Of a stretch of DNA of 64,000 nucleotides, positions 44,396 to 54,800 are shown one piece after another. The notes under the pieces are model-generated. The model did no database searches and was not told where the DNA came from. It saw nothing but the letters and a program-made list of their open reading frames with translations. Numbering within the stretch: the stretch's first letter is position 1; the number at the start of each line of letters is the position of its first letter. The stretch is from assembly GCA_949295085.1 (NCBI GenBank), contig CASFJS010000005.1:69707-133706 (forward strand), read 5' to 3'. Made by a program: the position numbers and the translations under genes. Source of the stretch: an uncultured Pseudomonadota bacterium. Its GTDB lineage: Bacteria; Pseudomonadota; Alphaproteobacteria; RF32; CAG-239.

Positions 44396-44975
44396 TAAAT
44401 TCCTTTTTTAAGAATGCGGCGACGGCTTTTCCCCGGTGGGATATCTTGGCTTTTTCGGCATGATTCATTTCCGCAAAAGTGCGTTTAAAACCATCTGGAA
44501 TAAAAACAGGGTCAAAGCCGAAACCTTCGCTGCCGCGACGGTCAGCCGTAATTTGACCGTTGACCCGTCCTTCGTAGAAGCGGGTTTTCTGGCCGGGTTC
44601 GGTAATGGCCAATACGCAGGAAAAATGTGCCGACCAATCGGTTTTTCCGGAGGCTTGAAGTTCGCTGATTAACAGGCTCATGGCTTTGTTAAAGTCGCGG
44701 TTGGGCGCATAGCGAGCGGAATAAACACCGGGTCTGCCGTTCAGAGCATCAACACAAAGGCCGGAATCATCGGCCAAACAAGGTTTGCCGGAGATTTTTG
44801 CTAAAGTTTCGGCTTTAAGCGCTGCGTTTTCGGCAAAGGTGGTTCCGGTTTCTTCAACATCCGGCAAATTGAGCTCCGTTGCGGCGTAAACCTTAACGCC
44901 GAGGGGCGCCAAGAGTGCTTTAAATTCGGTTATTTTTCCTTGATTGTGCGAAGCAATGACAAGTTCTTTCAGCAT
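44388..44975 (-). CDS. rdgB: Non-canonical purine NTP pyrophosphatase (RdgB/HAM1)
   Basis: 195 aa with the typical LVIASHNQGKITEF start and FGFDP motif. Confidence 0.9.
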   Translation of the reverse strand: MLKELVIASHNQGKITEFKALLAPLGVKVYAATELNLPDVEETGTTFAENAALKAETLAKISGKPCLADDSGLCVDALNGRPGVYSARYAPNRDFNKAMSLLISELQASGKTDWSAHFSCVLAITEPGQKTRFYEGRVNGQITADRRGSEGFGFDPVFIPDGFKRTFAEMNHAEKAKISHRGKAVAAFLKKEFNV

Positions 44976-45679
44976 TGCAGAGCTTCCTTTTGTTTGGCGA
45001 TAATAGTTTTGATTCCCTGTTTGCCGAGTTCAAGCATCTGGGCAAATTGTTGTTCGGTGAAAGGGGCTCCTTCGGCGGTTCCCTGTATTTCAACGAGATT
45101 TCCGCTTTCGGTCATCACAAAATTCATGTCAACCTGAGAAGTCGAGTCTTCCGCGTAATCAACATCTAAAACGGGTTCTCCGTTGCAAATGTCACAAGAT
45201 ACGGCCGCGACAAATTCGCAAATAGGGTTCTCTGCCAGTTTTTTCTCGGACAACAGTTTTGAAACAGCCCGGTGCAGGGCAATAAATCCGCCGGATATTG
45301 AGGCGACACGTGTGCCGCCATCGGCCTGCAGAACGTCACAGTCTATTAAAATTGAAATTTCCGGCATTTTTTCAAGCGCAACGACGGCTCGTAATGAACG
45401 GCCGATAAGGCGCTGGATTTCCTGACTGCGGCCGGATGGCTTTTTCGTTTCGCGCGGGATACGGGTTTGAGCAGAACGTGGCAACATGGCATATTCGGCG
45501 GTAATCCACCCTTTTTGCTGGCCTTTCAACCAGGCGGGAATTTTTTCCTCAACCGTTGCCGTGCAGAGGACGTGGGTGTTGCCGTATTTGACAAGGCACG
45601 ATCCTTCGGCGTAGGGATTGATGTCCGTGATAAACTCGATGTTACGAAGCTGATTGTTCGGGCGGTTGGCCGGGCGCAT
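44969..45679 (-). CDS. rph: Ribonuclease PH
   Basis: 236 aa with RPANRPNNQLR and DGGTR motifs. rph-rdgB is a common gene pair. Confidence 0.9.
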   Translation of the reverse strand: MRPANRPNNQLRNIEFITDINPYAEGSCLVKYGNTHVLCTATVEEKIPAWLKGQQKGWITAEYAMLPRSAQTRIPRETKKPSGRSQEIQRLIGRSLRAVVALEKMPEISILIDCDVLQADGGTRVASISGGFIALHRAVSKLLSEKKLAENPICEFVAAVSCDICNGEPVLDVDYAEDSTSQVDMNFVMTESGNLVEIQGTAEGAPFTEQQFAQMLELGKQGIKTIIAKQKEALQC

Positions 45680-45769
45680 TTTGCCTCCTGTGTATGATAA
45701 AAGCGATATTCGGATTGTAAAAGATTATCTTCTGGAGTGCAATATAATTTTTATGTTTTTATTTTGAGG

Positions 45770-47800
45770 TCAGATATGGCCGGTATGAAGCAAAGCATCG
45801 TACTTTTCCAAAGGACCGCCGGGAACATCCCAACTGAAATTTTTTTGCATGGCACGTTTTTGCATGGCAGCTAAAAAATTGGGCATTTCGTAGAAAGTCA
45901 GAAGTGCGTCTTCCAAAGTTTTGGTGTAGGCATTTTCATTGTTTTTGAGGCGGCGGGCCAAAGCATTGTTACCGTAGACGTGGCGTCCGTCGCTAAAGAA
46001 AACTTCGGTGCGAAAACCGTCTATTTTATCATCAATGGTATCAACCAACCCTCCGGTGGACATGGCAACGGGCAAGGCCCCTTTGGCCATGGCTTCCATC
46101 TGGGTCAGACCGCAGGGCTCAAAACGGCTCGGCATCAGGTAGAGGTCTGCCGAAAGTTGAATGGCATAAGCAAACTGGTCTTTGTAACCACGGAAAACAA
46201 AAATACGTTGTGCGGCTGTTTTGTTTATTTTGGCGACATTGTCTTTGAGGGCGGTTAACATCTCGAAGAGTTCGATATTGCCGGCACCACCCAGTACAAA
46301 TACCGGCATTTCCAGGCCGCTTTCGGAGTATTTTTTTATCCATTCAAGGATGGATTGCGCCGCAATGTCATAGCCTTTTTGTTCAACCAGACGCGATGTG
46401 GCACACACAACCGGAACCTTGCTGACATCACGTAAATTTTTGTCGATGTTTTCAAAATGGTAGGTCTCAATGAGCGGAATGACTTTATTTTTGTATTCCG
46501 GATTATCGGCAATTTTGGATATCAGGCGGATAAATTCGGCTTTGTTATGCTGCTTGTCGGTCAGTGAATTTTCATCAAAAATTTTGAAATTGAATTCGGA
46601 ACCGAAAAAATCATTAATGGATTTAATTTTATCCGGATTGGGGGAAATAAGATTTTTGTCATAGCCATTAACAATACCGAAGAAAGTGCGGTGATCTTTG
46701 CGGATTTTGAGAATATCCCGAAAATCGTGGCCAAAGCCGAGCTCTTTGGACACTTCTTCAAGATAGTTTTTGGATACGGTAACGACACGGTCGGCCAAGT
46801 GAAAATTACAAGAGGCCTGATTATAACAATCGTGGACGATCAGGGTATTGGTGGTTCGGGTGTTGGAATTTTTGATGGCTTTGGCATTTTTGAAGATAAA
46901 AGCCGTTTGTTCGCCGTAGAGCGAATTTAAGAGGCGGGCGGTGTTATTATAATCCCAGCCCTGATAACCAAGATGGTGGGCTATATGAATAATCGGAACG
47001 GCGCGGATGGCGTCGGCTTCGGTTTCGTTCATCAACCCTTTATCAACCAAAGCGACCGGCAGATATTTCATTAAACCGGACAGAGCTCCGGAATGCCAGT
47101 CGTTGGCAATAATGATATTCGGAGCATTATTGTCTTTGACAAGTACGCGTATCAATTCGTAGACGGCCTTGGAAAAAAAAGCAAAGCGCTCGACTTCGTT
47201 TACGCCGTTTTTATTCATAATATAACAGCCGTCCTGGGCGGGCGGATTGTTTTTGTGCGGGTCAATCAGGAAAAAGTGATCGTTTTGCAAAAAAATGTAA
47301 CAAGTGTTTTCACAACGTCCTGTGTAAGCTTCCACTTTATATTCAACAAATTTTTCCTGAAAGTTCATAAAAGCAACGTTAAAAGTTTTGAGATGTTGCA
47401 GCTCAATATTTTTATGCTCGGCACCGTGGTAGACCATGCCGTCCAGAAAGGCTTTTTTCTTGCCTGTATCGCCGAGGTAAAGCGGTGTTACAACCGTCAG
47501 ATGTTCGCCCAAGGAAGCAAAGCGGCGGTTAAAAGCCTCGGGGAGTTCGGAGGCGATCATACCGAGCCCGCCGGCTTTCATAAAAGTAGCGGTTTCGGCA
47601 GACAGCATCCAGCCGTTGACTTTTAGCCCTTTCGGCCAGGTAAGCTTGCCAAAACACTGAGCCTTGCTTAAGTTTTGAATCTCCAGAGCGTAAGGATTAA
47701 CCGGAATGGTATAAGTGACGGTAAATTTTTTTTTGTTAAAATTGGACGGCAAAAGGGTTGTGCTCTGCAAAATATCCGAATTTATTTTGGCTCCAGGCAT
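45770..47800 (-). CDS. Glycogen/starch-synthase-like glycosyltransferase (GT5 family), unusually long
   Basis: 676 aa. A K-x-GGL signature (FMKAGGLGMIASELP) lies about 75 residues in, and there is a C-terminal GT-B half (PSRFEPCGLTQMEAM). Confidence 0.65.
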   Translation of the reverse strand: MPGAKINSDILQSTTLLPSNFNKKKFTVTYTIPVNPYALEIQNLSKAQCFGKLTWPKGLKVNGWMLSAETATFMKAGGLGMIASELPEAFNRRFASLGEHLTVVTPLYLGDTGKKKAFLDGMVYHGAEHKNIELQHLKTFNVAFMNFQEKFVEYKVEAYTGRCENTCYIFLQNDHFFLIDPHKNNPPAQDGCYIMNKNGVNEVERFAFFSKAVYELIRVLVKDNNAPNIIIANDWHSGALSGLMKYLPVALVDKGLMNETEADAIRAVPIIHIAHHLGYQGWDYNNTARLLNSLYGEQTAFIFKNAKAIKNSNTRTTNTLIVHDCYNQASCNFHLADRVVTVSKNYLEEVSKELGFGHDFRDILKIRKDHRTFFGIVNGYDKNLISPNPDKIKSINDFFGSEFNFKIFDENSLTDKQHNKAEFIRLISKIADNPEYKNKVIPLIETYHFENIDKNLRDVSKVPVVCATSRLVEQKGYDIAAQSILEWIKKYSESGLEMPVFVLGGAGNIELFEMLTALKDNVAKINKTAAQRIFVFRGYKDQFAYAIQLSADLYLMPSRFEPCGLTQMEAMAKGALPVAMSTGGLVDTIDDKIDGFRTEVFFSDGRHVYGNNALARRLKNNENAYTKTLEDALLTFYEMPNFLAAMQKRAMQKNFSWDVPGGPLEKYDALLHTGHI

Positions 47801-47943
47801 TTTGGGTATTCTTTCTTCAAACTCAAAATAATGATCAATATACTTTATTAATATTCATCACTCTTGACTTGTCAAGCATTAGTCACTAAATTTGGATATA
47901 TATGCAAATGTATAGGTATGTTTTTAGCAATAAAGAGAAAAAA

Positions 47944-48522
47944 ATGACAAAAAATAAAAAAAATGAGGAAGAAACAATAACGGAACCGCGGGAGGAGGAA
48001 GAACTCCTGCCGGAGCAGGATGTCGAGGCCGCGACGGAAGATACGGCAGAAAACGACGGACAGTTTTCCGTTGAAGAATTGGTTGCGCAGAATCAAAAGC
48101 TTAGGGATGATTATTTACGGGCTTTTGCCGAGGTTGAAAACACAAAAAAACGCTGCCAGCAGGAAATTGACAAAAATAATAAATATGCCATAGCGGCTTT
48201 TGCCAAGAGTTTGTTGAGCGTGGCCGATAATTTGCAGCGCGCGCTGGATGCCGCCGGTCAGAGGGAATCCGGCGAGGCCTGTGAGGGCTTAATCAAAGGT
48301 GTTGAGCTGACGCAAAACGAGCTGACAAAGGTGTTTGATAAGTTTGATATTCATAAAATGGATATTGAGGGTAAGGTCTTTGATCCTAATTTTCATCAGG
48401 TTATTCAAGAAGTTGAAGACAAAACAAAACCGGCCGGAACCATTATTGCCGAGGTGCAGACAGGCTATATGATTCATGATCGGATTTTGAGGGAAGCCAT
48501 GGTGGTTGTGACCAAAGCGTAA
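47944..48522 (+). CDS. grpE: Nucleotide exchange factor GrpE
   Basis: Acidic N-terminus, then LRAFAEVENTKKR and a C-terminal beta domain. The start at 47944 is preferred. Confidence 0.9.
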   Translation: MTKNKKNEEETITEPREEEELLPEQDVEAATEDTAENDGQFSVEELVAQNQKLRDDYLRAFAEVENTKKRCQQEIDKNNKYAIAAFAKSLLSVADNLQRALDAAGQRESGEACEGLIKGVELTQNELTKVFDKFDIHKMDIEGKVFDPNFHQVIQEVEDKTKPAGTIIAEVQTGYMIHDRILREAMVVVTKA

Positions 48523-48529
48523 AAAAGTA

Positions 48530-48557
48530 AAACGCCCTTCTTTTTTGAAGGGCGTTT
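48530..48557. terminator. Bidirectional terminator between grpE and gapR
   Basis: AAACGCCCTTC-TTTTTT-GAAGGGCGTTT. Confidence 0.75.
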
Positions 48558-48559
48558 GG

Positions 48560-48814
48560 TTAAATATCCAAAGCTTTACGATATGTTTCGAGTAAAAACT
48601 CCTGCTCGTCGCGGTCGGCGGCATTCATCTTGCGTAATTTGATGACGGCGCGCATAATTTTGACATCGAATCCGGCGGATTTGGCCTCGGCAAAAATATC
48701 ACGGATATCCGAAGATATGGCTTTCTTTTCTTCCTCAAGGCGTTCAATACGCTCAATCAGAGAACGCAGGCGATCTGCCGCGATACCGCCAACCTCAGTG
48801 TTTTCGTCACTCAT
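48560..48814 (-). CDS. gapR: GapR-family (DUF2312) nucleoid-associated protein, chromosomal copy
   Basis: 84 aa: MSDENTEVGGIAADRLRSLIERIERLEEEKKAISSDIRDIFAEAK... Confidence 0.85.
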   Translation of the reverse strand: MSDENTEVGGIAADRLRSLIERIERLEEEKKAISSDIRDIFAEAKSAGFDVKIMRAVIKLRKMNAADRDEQEFLLETYRKALDI

Positions 48815-48949
48815 AACAATCTCCTTAAAATTATTGATATTTTGCTAGAAAATAGCAAATTAAATTGTTATTTACAAGTATAAAAATAACGCCTTATTAA
48901 CTTCTTTCGGTTATATTCGAGGCAAAGTTTTTAGTTGAGGATAAAAGAA

Positions 48950-50374
48950 ATGCCAGTTGATACACATACCAAAATTTTAGCCACTATTGGGCCATCGTCG
49001 GCAACGAGAGAACAATTGTCTAAGTTGATTGATGCCGGATGTGACGCATTTCGGGTTAATTTCAGCCACGGAACGCATAAAGAGCATAAAGAACGCATCA
49101 AACTTATTCGCCAACTGGAAAAAGAAAAAGGGCGGTTAATTTCGATTTTGGCTGATTTGCAGGGGCCTAAACTGAGAGTGGGAAACTTTAAGGAAGATAA
49201 AGTTTTGCTCAAGGAGGGCCAAAAATTCAGACTCGATTTGGATGCCAAACCCGGTGATGAAACGAGGGTTTGTTTGCCGCATAAAGAGATATTTGAAGCT
49301 TTGAAATCCGGGGATACTTTACTGGTGAATGACGGATATATTGTGTTGCATGTTGATAAGTGCGATAAAAAATCGGCCGAAACGACCGTTAAGGTCGGTG
49401 GGTATGTGTCCAGTCATAAGGGCGTTAATCTGCCGAATACCAAGCTCCATATTTCGGCCATTACCGAAAAAGATCGCGACGATTTGAAATTTGCCCTGCA
49501 AAACGGTGTGGATTGGATCGGGTTGTCGTTTGTGCAAAAAGCCGAAGATGTTAAAGAGCTAAAAAAAATGGTAAACGGCAAAGCACGGATTATTGCAAAA
49601 CTTGAAAAGCCCAGTGCAATTGCCGACTTGGAAAATATTATCCGGGAATCGGACGGGATTATGGTTGCTCGCGGAGATTTGGGGGTTGAGTGTCCGATAC
49701 AGGTGGTGCCGGTTTTGCAAAAAAGAATCGTCAAATTGTGTCGTTTGTATGCGCGTCCGGTTATTATTGCAACGCAGATGCTCGAATCGATGATTGTTAA
49801 TCCGACGCCGACCCGGGCAGAGGTTTCGGATGTGGCAACAGCCGTTTATGACGGGGCCGATGCGGTTATGCTTTCGGCCGAAACAGCGGCGGGAAAATAT
49901 CCCGTTCAGGCGGTTAGGATGATGCACAGTATTGTTAAACAGGTTGAGGGAGATCCGTTGTTTTTTGAATTGATGAGCAATGCGCGTAACATACCAAGCA
50001 GGGCCGCGGAAGCCGATGCCATCACATTTGCGGCATCGGAATTGGCCGGTGTGTTAAAAAACGTAAGAGCTATCGTCAGCTATTCATCTTCCGGATTTAC
50101 AACTTTTTTGACGGCGAGAGAACGGCCTTCGCTGCCGATTTTGGCGTTGTCGCCGGATATTAAAGTGGCGCGGCAAATGGTTTTGGTTTGGGGCGTTAAA
50201 CCGTATGTTAATAAAGAAAGTTTTAAAAAATTCAGTCATGTGGAAGATTGCGCCGTTCGGTATGTTAAAGAAACCGGTTTGGCCAAATCCGGTGACCATA
50301 TTATCATCACGGCCGGTTTTCCGTTAAATGTCAAAGGACGAACCAATATGTTGCATACGGTTTATGTGCCGTAA
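48950..50374 (+). CDS. pyk: Pyruvate kinase
   Basis: TKILATIGPSS start, MVARGDLGVE motif. The start at 48950 follows GAGGA. Confidence 0.9.
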   Translation: MPVDTHTKILATIGPSSATREQLSKLIDAGCDAFRVNFSHGTHKEHKERIKLIRQLEKEKGRLISILADLQGPKLRVGNFKEDKVLLKEGQKFRLDLDAKPGDETRVCLPHKEIFEALKSGDTLLVNDGYIVLHVDKCDKKSAETTVKVGGYVSSHKGVNLPNTKLHISAITEKDRDDLKFALQNGVDWIGLSFVQKAEDVKELKKMVNGKARIIAKLEKPSAIADLENIIRESDGIMVARGDLGVECPIQVVPVLQKRIVKLCRLYARPVIIATQMLESMIVNPTPTRAEVSDVATAVYDGADAVMLSAETAAGKYPVQAVRMMHSIVKQVEGDPLFFELMSNARNIPSRAAEADAITFAASELAGVLKNVRAIVSYSSSGFTTFLTARERPSLPILALSPDIKVARQMVLVWGVKPYVNKESFKKFSHVEDCAVRYVKETGLAKSGDHIIITAGFPLNVKGRTNMLHTVYVP

Positions 50375-50397
50375 GGCTTAATGAAGGATGGACGATT

Positions 50398-51597
50398 ATG
50401 GCGCGGGCGATTATTTTGATGATGGACTCTTTGGGTATCGGCGGCGCACCGGATGCCGAAAATTTCGGGGATGCGGGAGCCGATACTTTTGGCCATATCG
50501 TTGATAAATTTCCCGGTTTGCGGGTGCCGAATTTGGTGCGGCTTGGTTTGGTAAAGGCCGCTGCCGCCGCCGGTGGTATGAGGCGTACGCTTGATGATAC
50601 GGGCGCGCGGGTCGATATGCCGGCGCGGTACGGGCATTGTCTGGAAATAAGTCAGGCAAAAGATACGACAACCGGACATTGGGAGTTGGCCGGGGTCAGC
50701 GTTCAAGAACCCTGGGGTTATTTTAAGCCGGATTATCCGTCGTTTCCGCCGGAGTTGGTCGAGCGGATATGCCGGGAGGCAAACATACCGGGAATATTGG
50801 GTAATAAGGCCGCCTCCGGTACGGTTATTATTCAAGAGCTCGGCGAGGAGCATATCAGAAGCGGCAAGCCGATTTGTTATACTTCGGCAGACAGTTGTTT
50901 CCAGATTGCCGCGCATGAAACGTATTTCGGGCTGGAAAGACTGTATGAGGTTTGTGAAAAAGCATTTGATGCGGTTAAGCCTTATCGTATCGGGCGGGTT
51001 ATTGCTCGGCCGTTTGAGGGGGAAAAGGCCGGAGAATTCGCGCGAACAAAAAACAGACATGATTATTCGGTTAAGCCGCCGCGGCTGACATTGCTTGATG
51101 TGGCCAAAGCAGCGGGAAAAAAAGTGATTGCCATCGGTAAAATCAGCGATATTTATGCCGGTTGCGGTGTAACGGACAAGATTTTGGCCTCCGGTCTTGA
51201 GGAATTGTGGAATAAAACGTTGGAAGCCATGAAAACAACACCGGATGAAAGCCTGATTTTTACTAATTTTGTTGATTTTGATATGCTTTACGGGCATCGA
51301 CGCGATACGGAAGGCTATGCGCGGGCGCTGGAATATTTTGACAGCCGGCTGCCGGAATTTGCCGCGTTAATGAAAGAAGATGACGTTGCATTTATTACCG
51401 CTGATCATGGTAATGATCCGACGGCACGAGGAACCGATCATACACGTGAGCAGGTACCGGTGTTAATGTTTGGGGCAAAAGTAGTGCCCGGTGATGCGGG
51501 AATGAGAAAAACTTTTGCCGATGTCGGACAAACGGCAGCAAAAATTTTGGGCTTGAAACTGGCAGAGGGTATCTCTTTGGAAAAGGACGGAAGGTAA
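50398..51597 (+). CDS. deoB: Phosphopentomutase
   Basis: 399 aa with a RAIILMMDSLGIGG start and a TADHGNDPT motif. The 311-aa minus-strand ORF is an antisense shadow. Confidence 0.9.
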   Translation: MARAIILMMDSLGIGGAPDAENFGDAGADTFGHIVDKFPGLRVPNLVRLGLVKAAAAAGGMRRTLDDTGARVDMPARYGHCLEISQAKDTTTGHWELAGVSVQEPWGYFKPDYPSFPPELVERICREANIPGILGNKAASGTVIIQELGEEHIRSGKPICYTSADSCFQIAAHETYFGLERLYEVCEKAFDAVKPYRIGRVIARPFEGEKAGEFARTKNRHDYSVKPPRLTLLDVAKAAGKKVIAIGKISDIYAGCGVTDKILASGLEELWNKTLEAMKTTPDESLIFTNFVDFDMLYGHRRDTEGYARALEYFDSRLPEFAALMKEDDVAFITADHGNDPTARGTDHTREQVPVLMFGAKVVPGDAGMRKTFADVGQTAAKILGLKLAEGISLEKDGR

Positions 51598-52356
51598 ATG
51601 TGGATGGCACCTAATCTGCGGCAGGGCAAACACTGCTTTTTTGGTTCGAAAGGCGGCGTATCCGAAGGAATTTATGCCGGGTTGAATGTTAACACCAAAA
51701 GCGATGACCGACCGGAGGATATTGAGGTTAATCTGGATAAAGCCGCCGGATTTTTCGGGTTAAAAAAAGAGAATCTGGTGTTGTTAAACCAGGGAACAAG
51801 CTCTGATACGGTTTATGTTGACCACGCAAGCCGCGATGAACTGACGGCGGACGGGTTGGTTTGCGATAAACCCGATGTGGCGCTTTGTATCCGTACGGCC
51901 GATTGTGCTCCGGTGTTGCTGGAAGACCGGAAAAACGGCGTTATCGGAGCGGCACATGCCGGTTGGCGCGGAGCCTATAAGGGTGTTATAGAAAATGTTG
52001 TTGAATTGATGATTGCACACGGCGCCGAAAGAAAACATATTGCCGCGGCGGTGGGACCGTGCATCGGGCAGGCATCCTATGAAGTTGATGAAAGTTTTTA
52101 TCATCAATTTACGGAAAAATCAGCCGATTTTGAGGCTTATTTCGTTTCCGGAAAAAAAACGGGATTTTATCAGTTTGATTTGGAATATTTTTGTGTTGAC
52201 CGGTTGAAAAACTGCGGTATCATCAATGTAACGGCTTCTGGTGAGGATACATATGCTTTGACAGATAAATATTATAGTTTTCGGCGATTTACGCATCAGG
52301 GAATTGTCCAATATCCCAAATGTTTTCCGACCGAGCTTTCGGCAATTGTTTTATGA
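51598..52356 (+). CDS. pgeF: YfiH/PgeF laccase-domain protein (peptidoglycan editing factor / purine nucleoside phosphorylase-like)
   Basis: 252 aa with TADCAPV and HAGWRG motifs. Confidence 0.85.
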   Translation: MWMAPNLRQGKHCFFGSKGGVSEGIYAGLNVNTKSDDRPEDIEVNLDKAAGFFGLKKENLVLLNQGTSSDTVYVDHASRDELTADGLVCDKPDVALCIRTADCAPVLLEDRKNGVIGAAHAGWRGAYKGVIENVVELMIAHGAERKHIAAAVGPCIGQASYEVDESFYHQFTEKSADFEAYFVSGKKTGFYQFDLEYFCVDRLKNCGIINVTASGEDTYALTDKYYSFRRFTHQGIVQYPKCFPTELSAIVL

Positions 52357-52370
52357 AAGGATCTCAGATT

Positions 52371-53531
52371 ATGTCACCATTAGGCAAATTAACACTGGCT
52401 TTAATCGGCGTTCGTTTTTTCGGGTTGAACGGTCTTTTGCTCGGCTTGTTTTTCGGACATATGTTGATTGACAAAACCTTCATCATCCGAAAACTGGAAA
52501 GACTGTTGAATAAGGCAGACGATATCATCCGGTTGAAGTTACCTTATCGGTATTACCGTTATTATAATCGTTTGGACGGCAATATCTGGGGGAAAATATG
52601 GGGTATGGTTCTGGGCGCTTTGTTGTTTGGGTTGCCGGGATTCATTTTGTTGTTTATGGCCGGTCAGGTGATTTTTGATATGCCGCAAAATCTGGAAATA
52701 CGTCGGGTTAAAAAAGATACGGACCATTTTTTTGATAATCATTGGGGGGCAATTTTCGGATTGATTTTGGGTATTGTTTTAAAAAGTCCGGTTATTGTCT
52801 GTATCGGCGTTGTTATCGGATTTGTTGCCGATTATCAACGTTTGGAGGGTGCAAAGCTGATACCGTTCAAGGCGTTAAGCGGTTATTGGCAAAAAATTAA
52901 TCCGCTGAAACTGTGGCGCAATGCCATCGGCGGCGAGCATCGCCGCTATTTGGAAGTTATGGCGGCATTATCGGCCTTGTTGGCGGAGGCAGACGGTAAG
53001 GTGACGGCAAAAGAAAAAGAGGCTTTTGCGCAGATTTTTGCCGTTAAACCAAAACAGAAATCACTGGTGGCGGATATCTTTAATACGCCGCGCAGGCATT
53101 TGCGAGACGTTGAAACCTATGCCGGTCGTTTGGAAGAACTAACGCGTTTTAATGATGATTTGAAAGAAAGCTCACTGGAAAATTTGTTTAAAATTGCCGC
53201 GGCCAACGAAAAAATTAGTGATAATCAATTGGATATGCTTAAGAAAATTGCCGAGATTATTAATTTGGACGAGGTCGTGTTTACCAAACTGAAAAAAATA
53301 TTTATACCTAAGCCCATCAGCAAAAAACTGGCTCACTGCTATGAAATTTTGGGGATGCCGCATAATGCCAGTTTGGAAGAAATTAAGGCTAAATGGAAAA
53401 AGCTGATTATGATTTATCATCCGGATAAGCTTACAAACGCTTCGTCTAAGGAAAAAGATAAAGCAACGGCAAAAATGGCCGAGATTAATTTGGCGTATCA
53501 GGAAATCGCCAAAGTGAAGGGTAAAGAATGA
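52371..53531 (+). CDS. djlA: DjlA-like membrane co-chaperone (TM region, TerB-like domain, C-terminal J domain)
   Basis: The J domain is CYEILGMPHNASLEEIKAKWKKLIMIYHPDK. N-terminal hydrophobic helices are present. The start at 52371 is preferred. Confidence 0.75.
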   Translation: MSPLGKLTLALIGVRFFGLNGLLLGLFFGHMLIDKTFIIRKLERLLNKADDIIRLKLPYRYYRYYNRLDGNIWGKIWGMVLGALLFGLPGFILLFMAGQVIFDMPQNLEIRRVKKDTDHFFDNHWGAIFGLILGIVLKSPVIVCIGVVIGFVADYQRLEGAKLIPFKALSGYWQKINPLKLWRNAIGGEHRRYLEVMAALSALLAEADGKVTAKEKEAFAQIFAVKPKQKSLVADIFNTPRRHLRDVETYAGRLEELTRFNDDLKESSLENLFKIAAANEKISDNQLDMLKKIAEIINLDEVVFTKLKKIFIPKPISKKLAHCYEILGMPHNASLEEIKAKWKKLIMIYHPDKLTNASSKEKDKATAKMAEINLAYQEIAKVKGKE

Positions 53532-54262
53532 AACAAAGACTGTTGCCGTTTTTTGATGAGCGTCGCGCGAGAGTCGAAATGATTGTTCTGCATGCGACGG
53601 CATTTGAGGCAAAAAAGGCTTTGCAAATATATGAAAAAGAGCGTGTAAGTTGTCATTATTTTATTGAGAGCAGCGGCGAGATTTGGCGCGTTGTAAGAGA
53701 GGATAAACGTGCTTGGCATGCAGGGGTCGGCCGTTGGAGAGAGTTTGATGATGATATTAATTCGCGCTCTATCGGCATTGAGTTGGCCAGTTCCACTTTG
53801 GGACAGCAGGAATTTATGCCGCGTCAGAAAGAGAGCTTGATCCGGCTGCTTAAAGATATTTTGCAAAGATATGATATGAGACAGGTCAATATTGTTGGGC
53901 ATTCTGATATTGCGCCATGTCGTAAAGCCGACCCCGGCAAAGATTTCTTTTGGAAAGAACTGGCAGAAAAAGGGATTGGCTTATGGCCAAATTTGGCAGA
54001 TGCCCCAAAGCTGTCGTCAAATGATCCGGAGAAGCTTCTTAAGACCATCGGTTATGATACGGCAGATGTTAAGGCCGCGGCTTATGCCTTTTGCCGGCGG
54101 TTTTTGCCGGAAAAAATTATGCCGGTTGATGATATTGAGGCATTAATTGCTGATCCGGGGCTGGCTGATGATGCTCTGCTGCAAGATGACGGATTCTTGC
54201 AGGTCTTGAAAGCGACTGCTTATAAATATTTAAGAGAATCCAATACTCCCTGCAAAATATAA
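53528..54262 (+). CDS. ampD: N-acetylmuramoyl-L-alanine amidase (AmpD/amidase_2 family)
   Basis: Motifs IVLHAT, AWHAG, NSRSIGIEL and GHSDIAPCRKADPG. Confidence 0.8.
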   Translation: MKQRLLPFFDERRARVEMIVLHATAFEAKKALQIYEKERVSCHYFIESSGEIWRVVREDKRAWHAGVGRWREFDDDINSRSIGIELASSTLGQQEFMPRQKESLIRLLKDILQRYDMRQVNIVGHSDIAPCRKADPGKDFFWKELAEKGIGLWPNLADAPKLSSNDPEKLLKTIGYDTADVKAAAYAFCRRFLPEKIMPVDDIEALIADPGLADDALLQDDGFLQVLKATAYKYLRESNTPCKI

Positions 54263-54684
54263 GCAGCGGCAGAGGCATCCAGAATTTGTCGGCGTTTGGT
54301 TCTGGACATATCGATTTCTTTGATTAAAAAGTTTTCGACGGCTTTGGAGGACAGGCGCTCGTCCCAGAACAGGCAGGGTAAGTCGATTTCGGCCGCAACG
54401 GCTGCGGCAAACTTGCGAACCGCTGCGGCGGTTGAGCCCTCGGTTCCGTCCATCTGCAACGGCAGGCCGTAAACAAAGGCGCCGGTTTCTTTTTCTTCTG
54501 CCAGACGGCGAATTTCAGCAATATCATGTTTAAGGGTGCGGCGTTGAATAATTTTAATCGGGTTGGCCGTCATCAGCAGCAAATCCGAAGAAGCAACGCC
54601 TAAGCGTTTTTCACCGTAGTCAAAAGCCATAATGGTTTTGCCGCGGGGCAAGTTTGATTTAAGTTCTTTTATATCCATGGTCAT
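54220..54684 (-). CDS. ruvX: Pre-16S rRNA nuclease / Holliday-junction-resolvase-like YqgF
   Basis: 154 aa with IMAFDYGEKRLGVASSD and WDERLSS motifs. Confidence 0.85.
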   Translation of the reverse strand: MTMDIKELKSNLPRGKTIMAFDYGEKRLGVASSDLLLMTANPIKIIQRRTLKHDIAEIRRLAEEKETGAFVYGLPLQMDGTEGSTAAAVRKFAAAVAAEIDLPCLFWDERLSSKAVENFLIKEIDMSRTKRRQILDASAAAYILQGVLDSLKYL

Positions 54685-54800
54685 ACTGTGAAAAAAAAGC
54701 TTTTATTTGTCAAGCAAATGTTTTTTTGAGCAATGCTAATTGATTTTTAACAAAAAACGATTAGTATCTGGAGTGATTGTGACGGTTTAAGGATGAAATA

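Noticed and set aside
47863-47876. Palindrome CTTGAC-TT-GTCAAG upstream of grpE as a CIRCE/HrcA operator
   Set aside because: It does not match the CIRCE consensus TTAGCACTC-N9-GAGTGCTAA. It may simply overlap a -35-like TTGAC, and no further support is visible.
50362-51297. 311-aa minus-strand ORF opposite deoB
   Set aside because: It is an antisense shadow of phosphopentomutase, with Arg/Pro/Ile-rich low-complexity translation.
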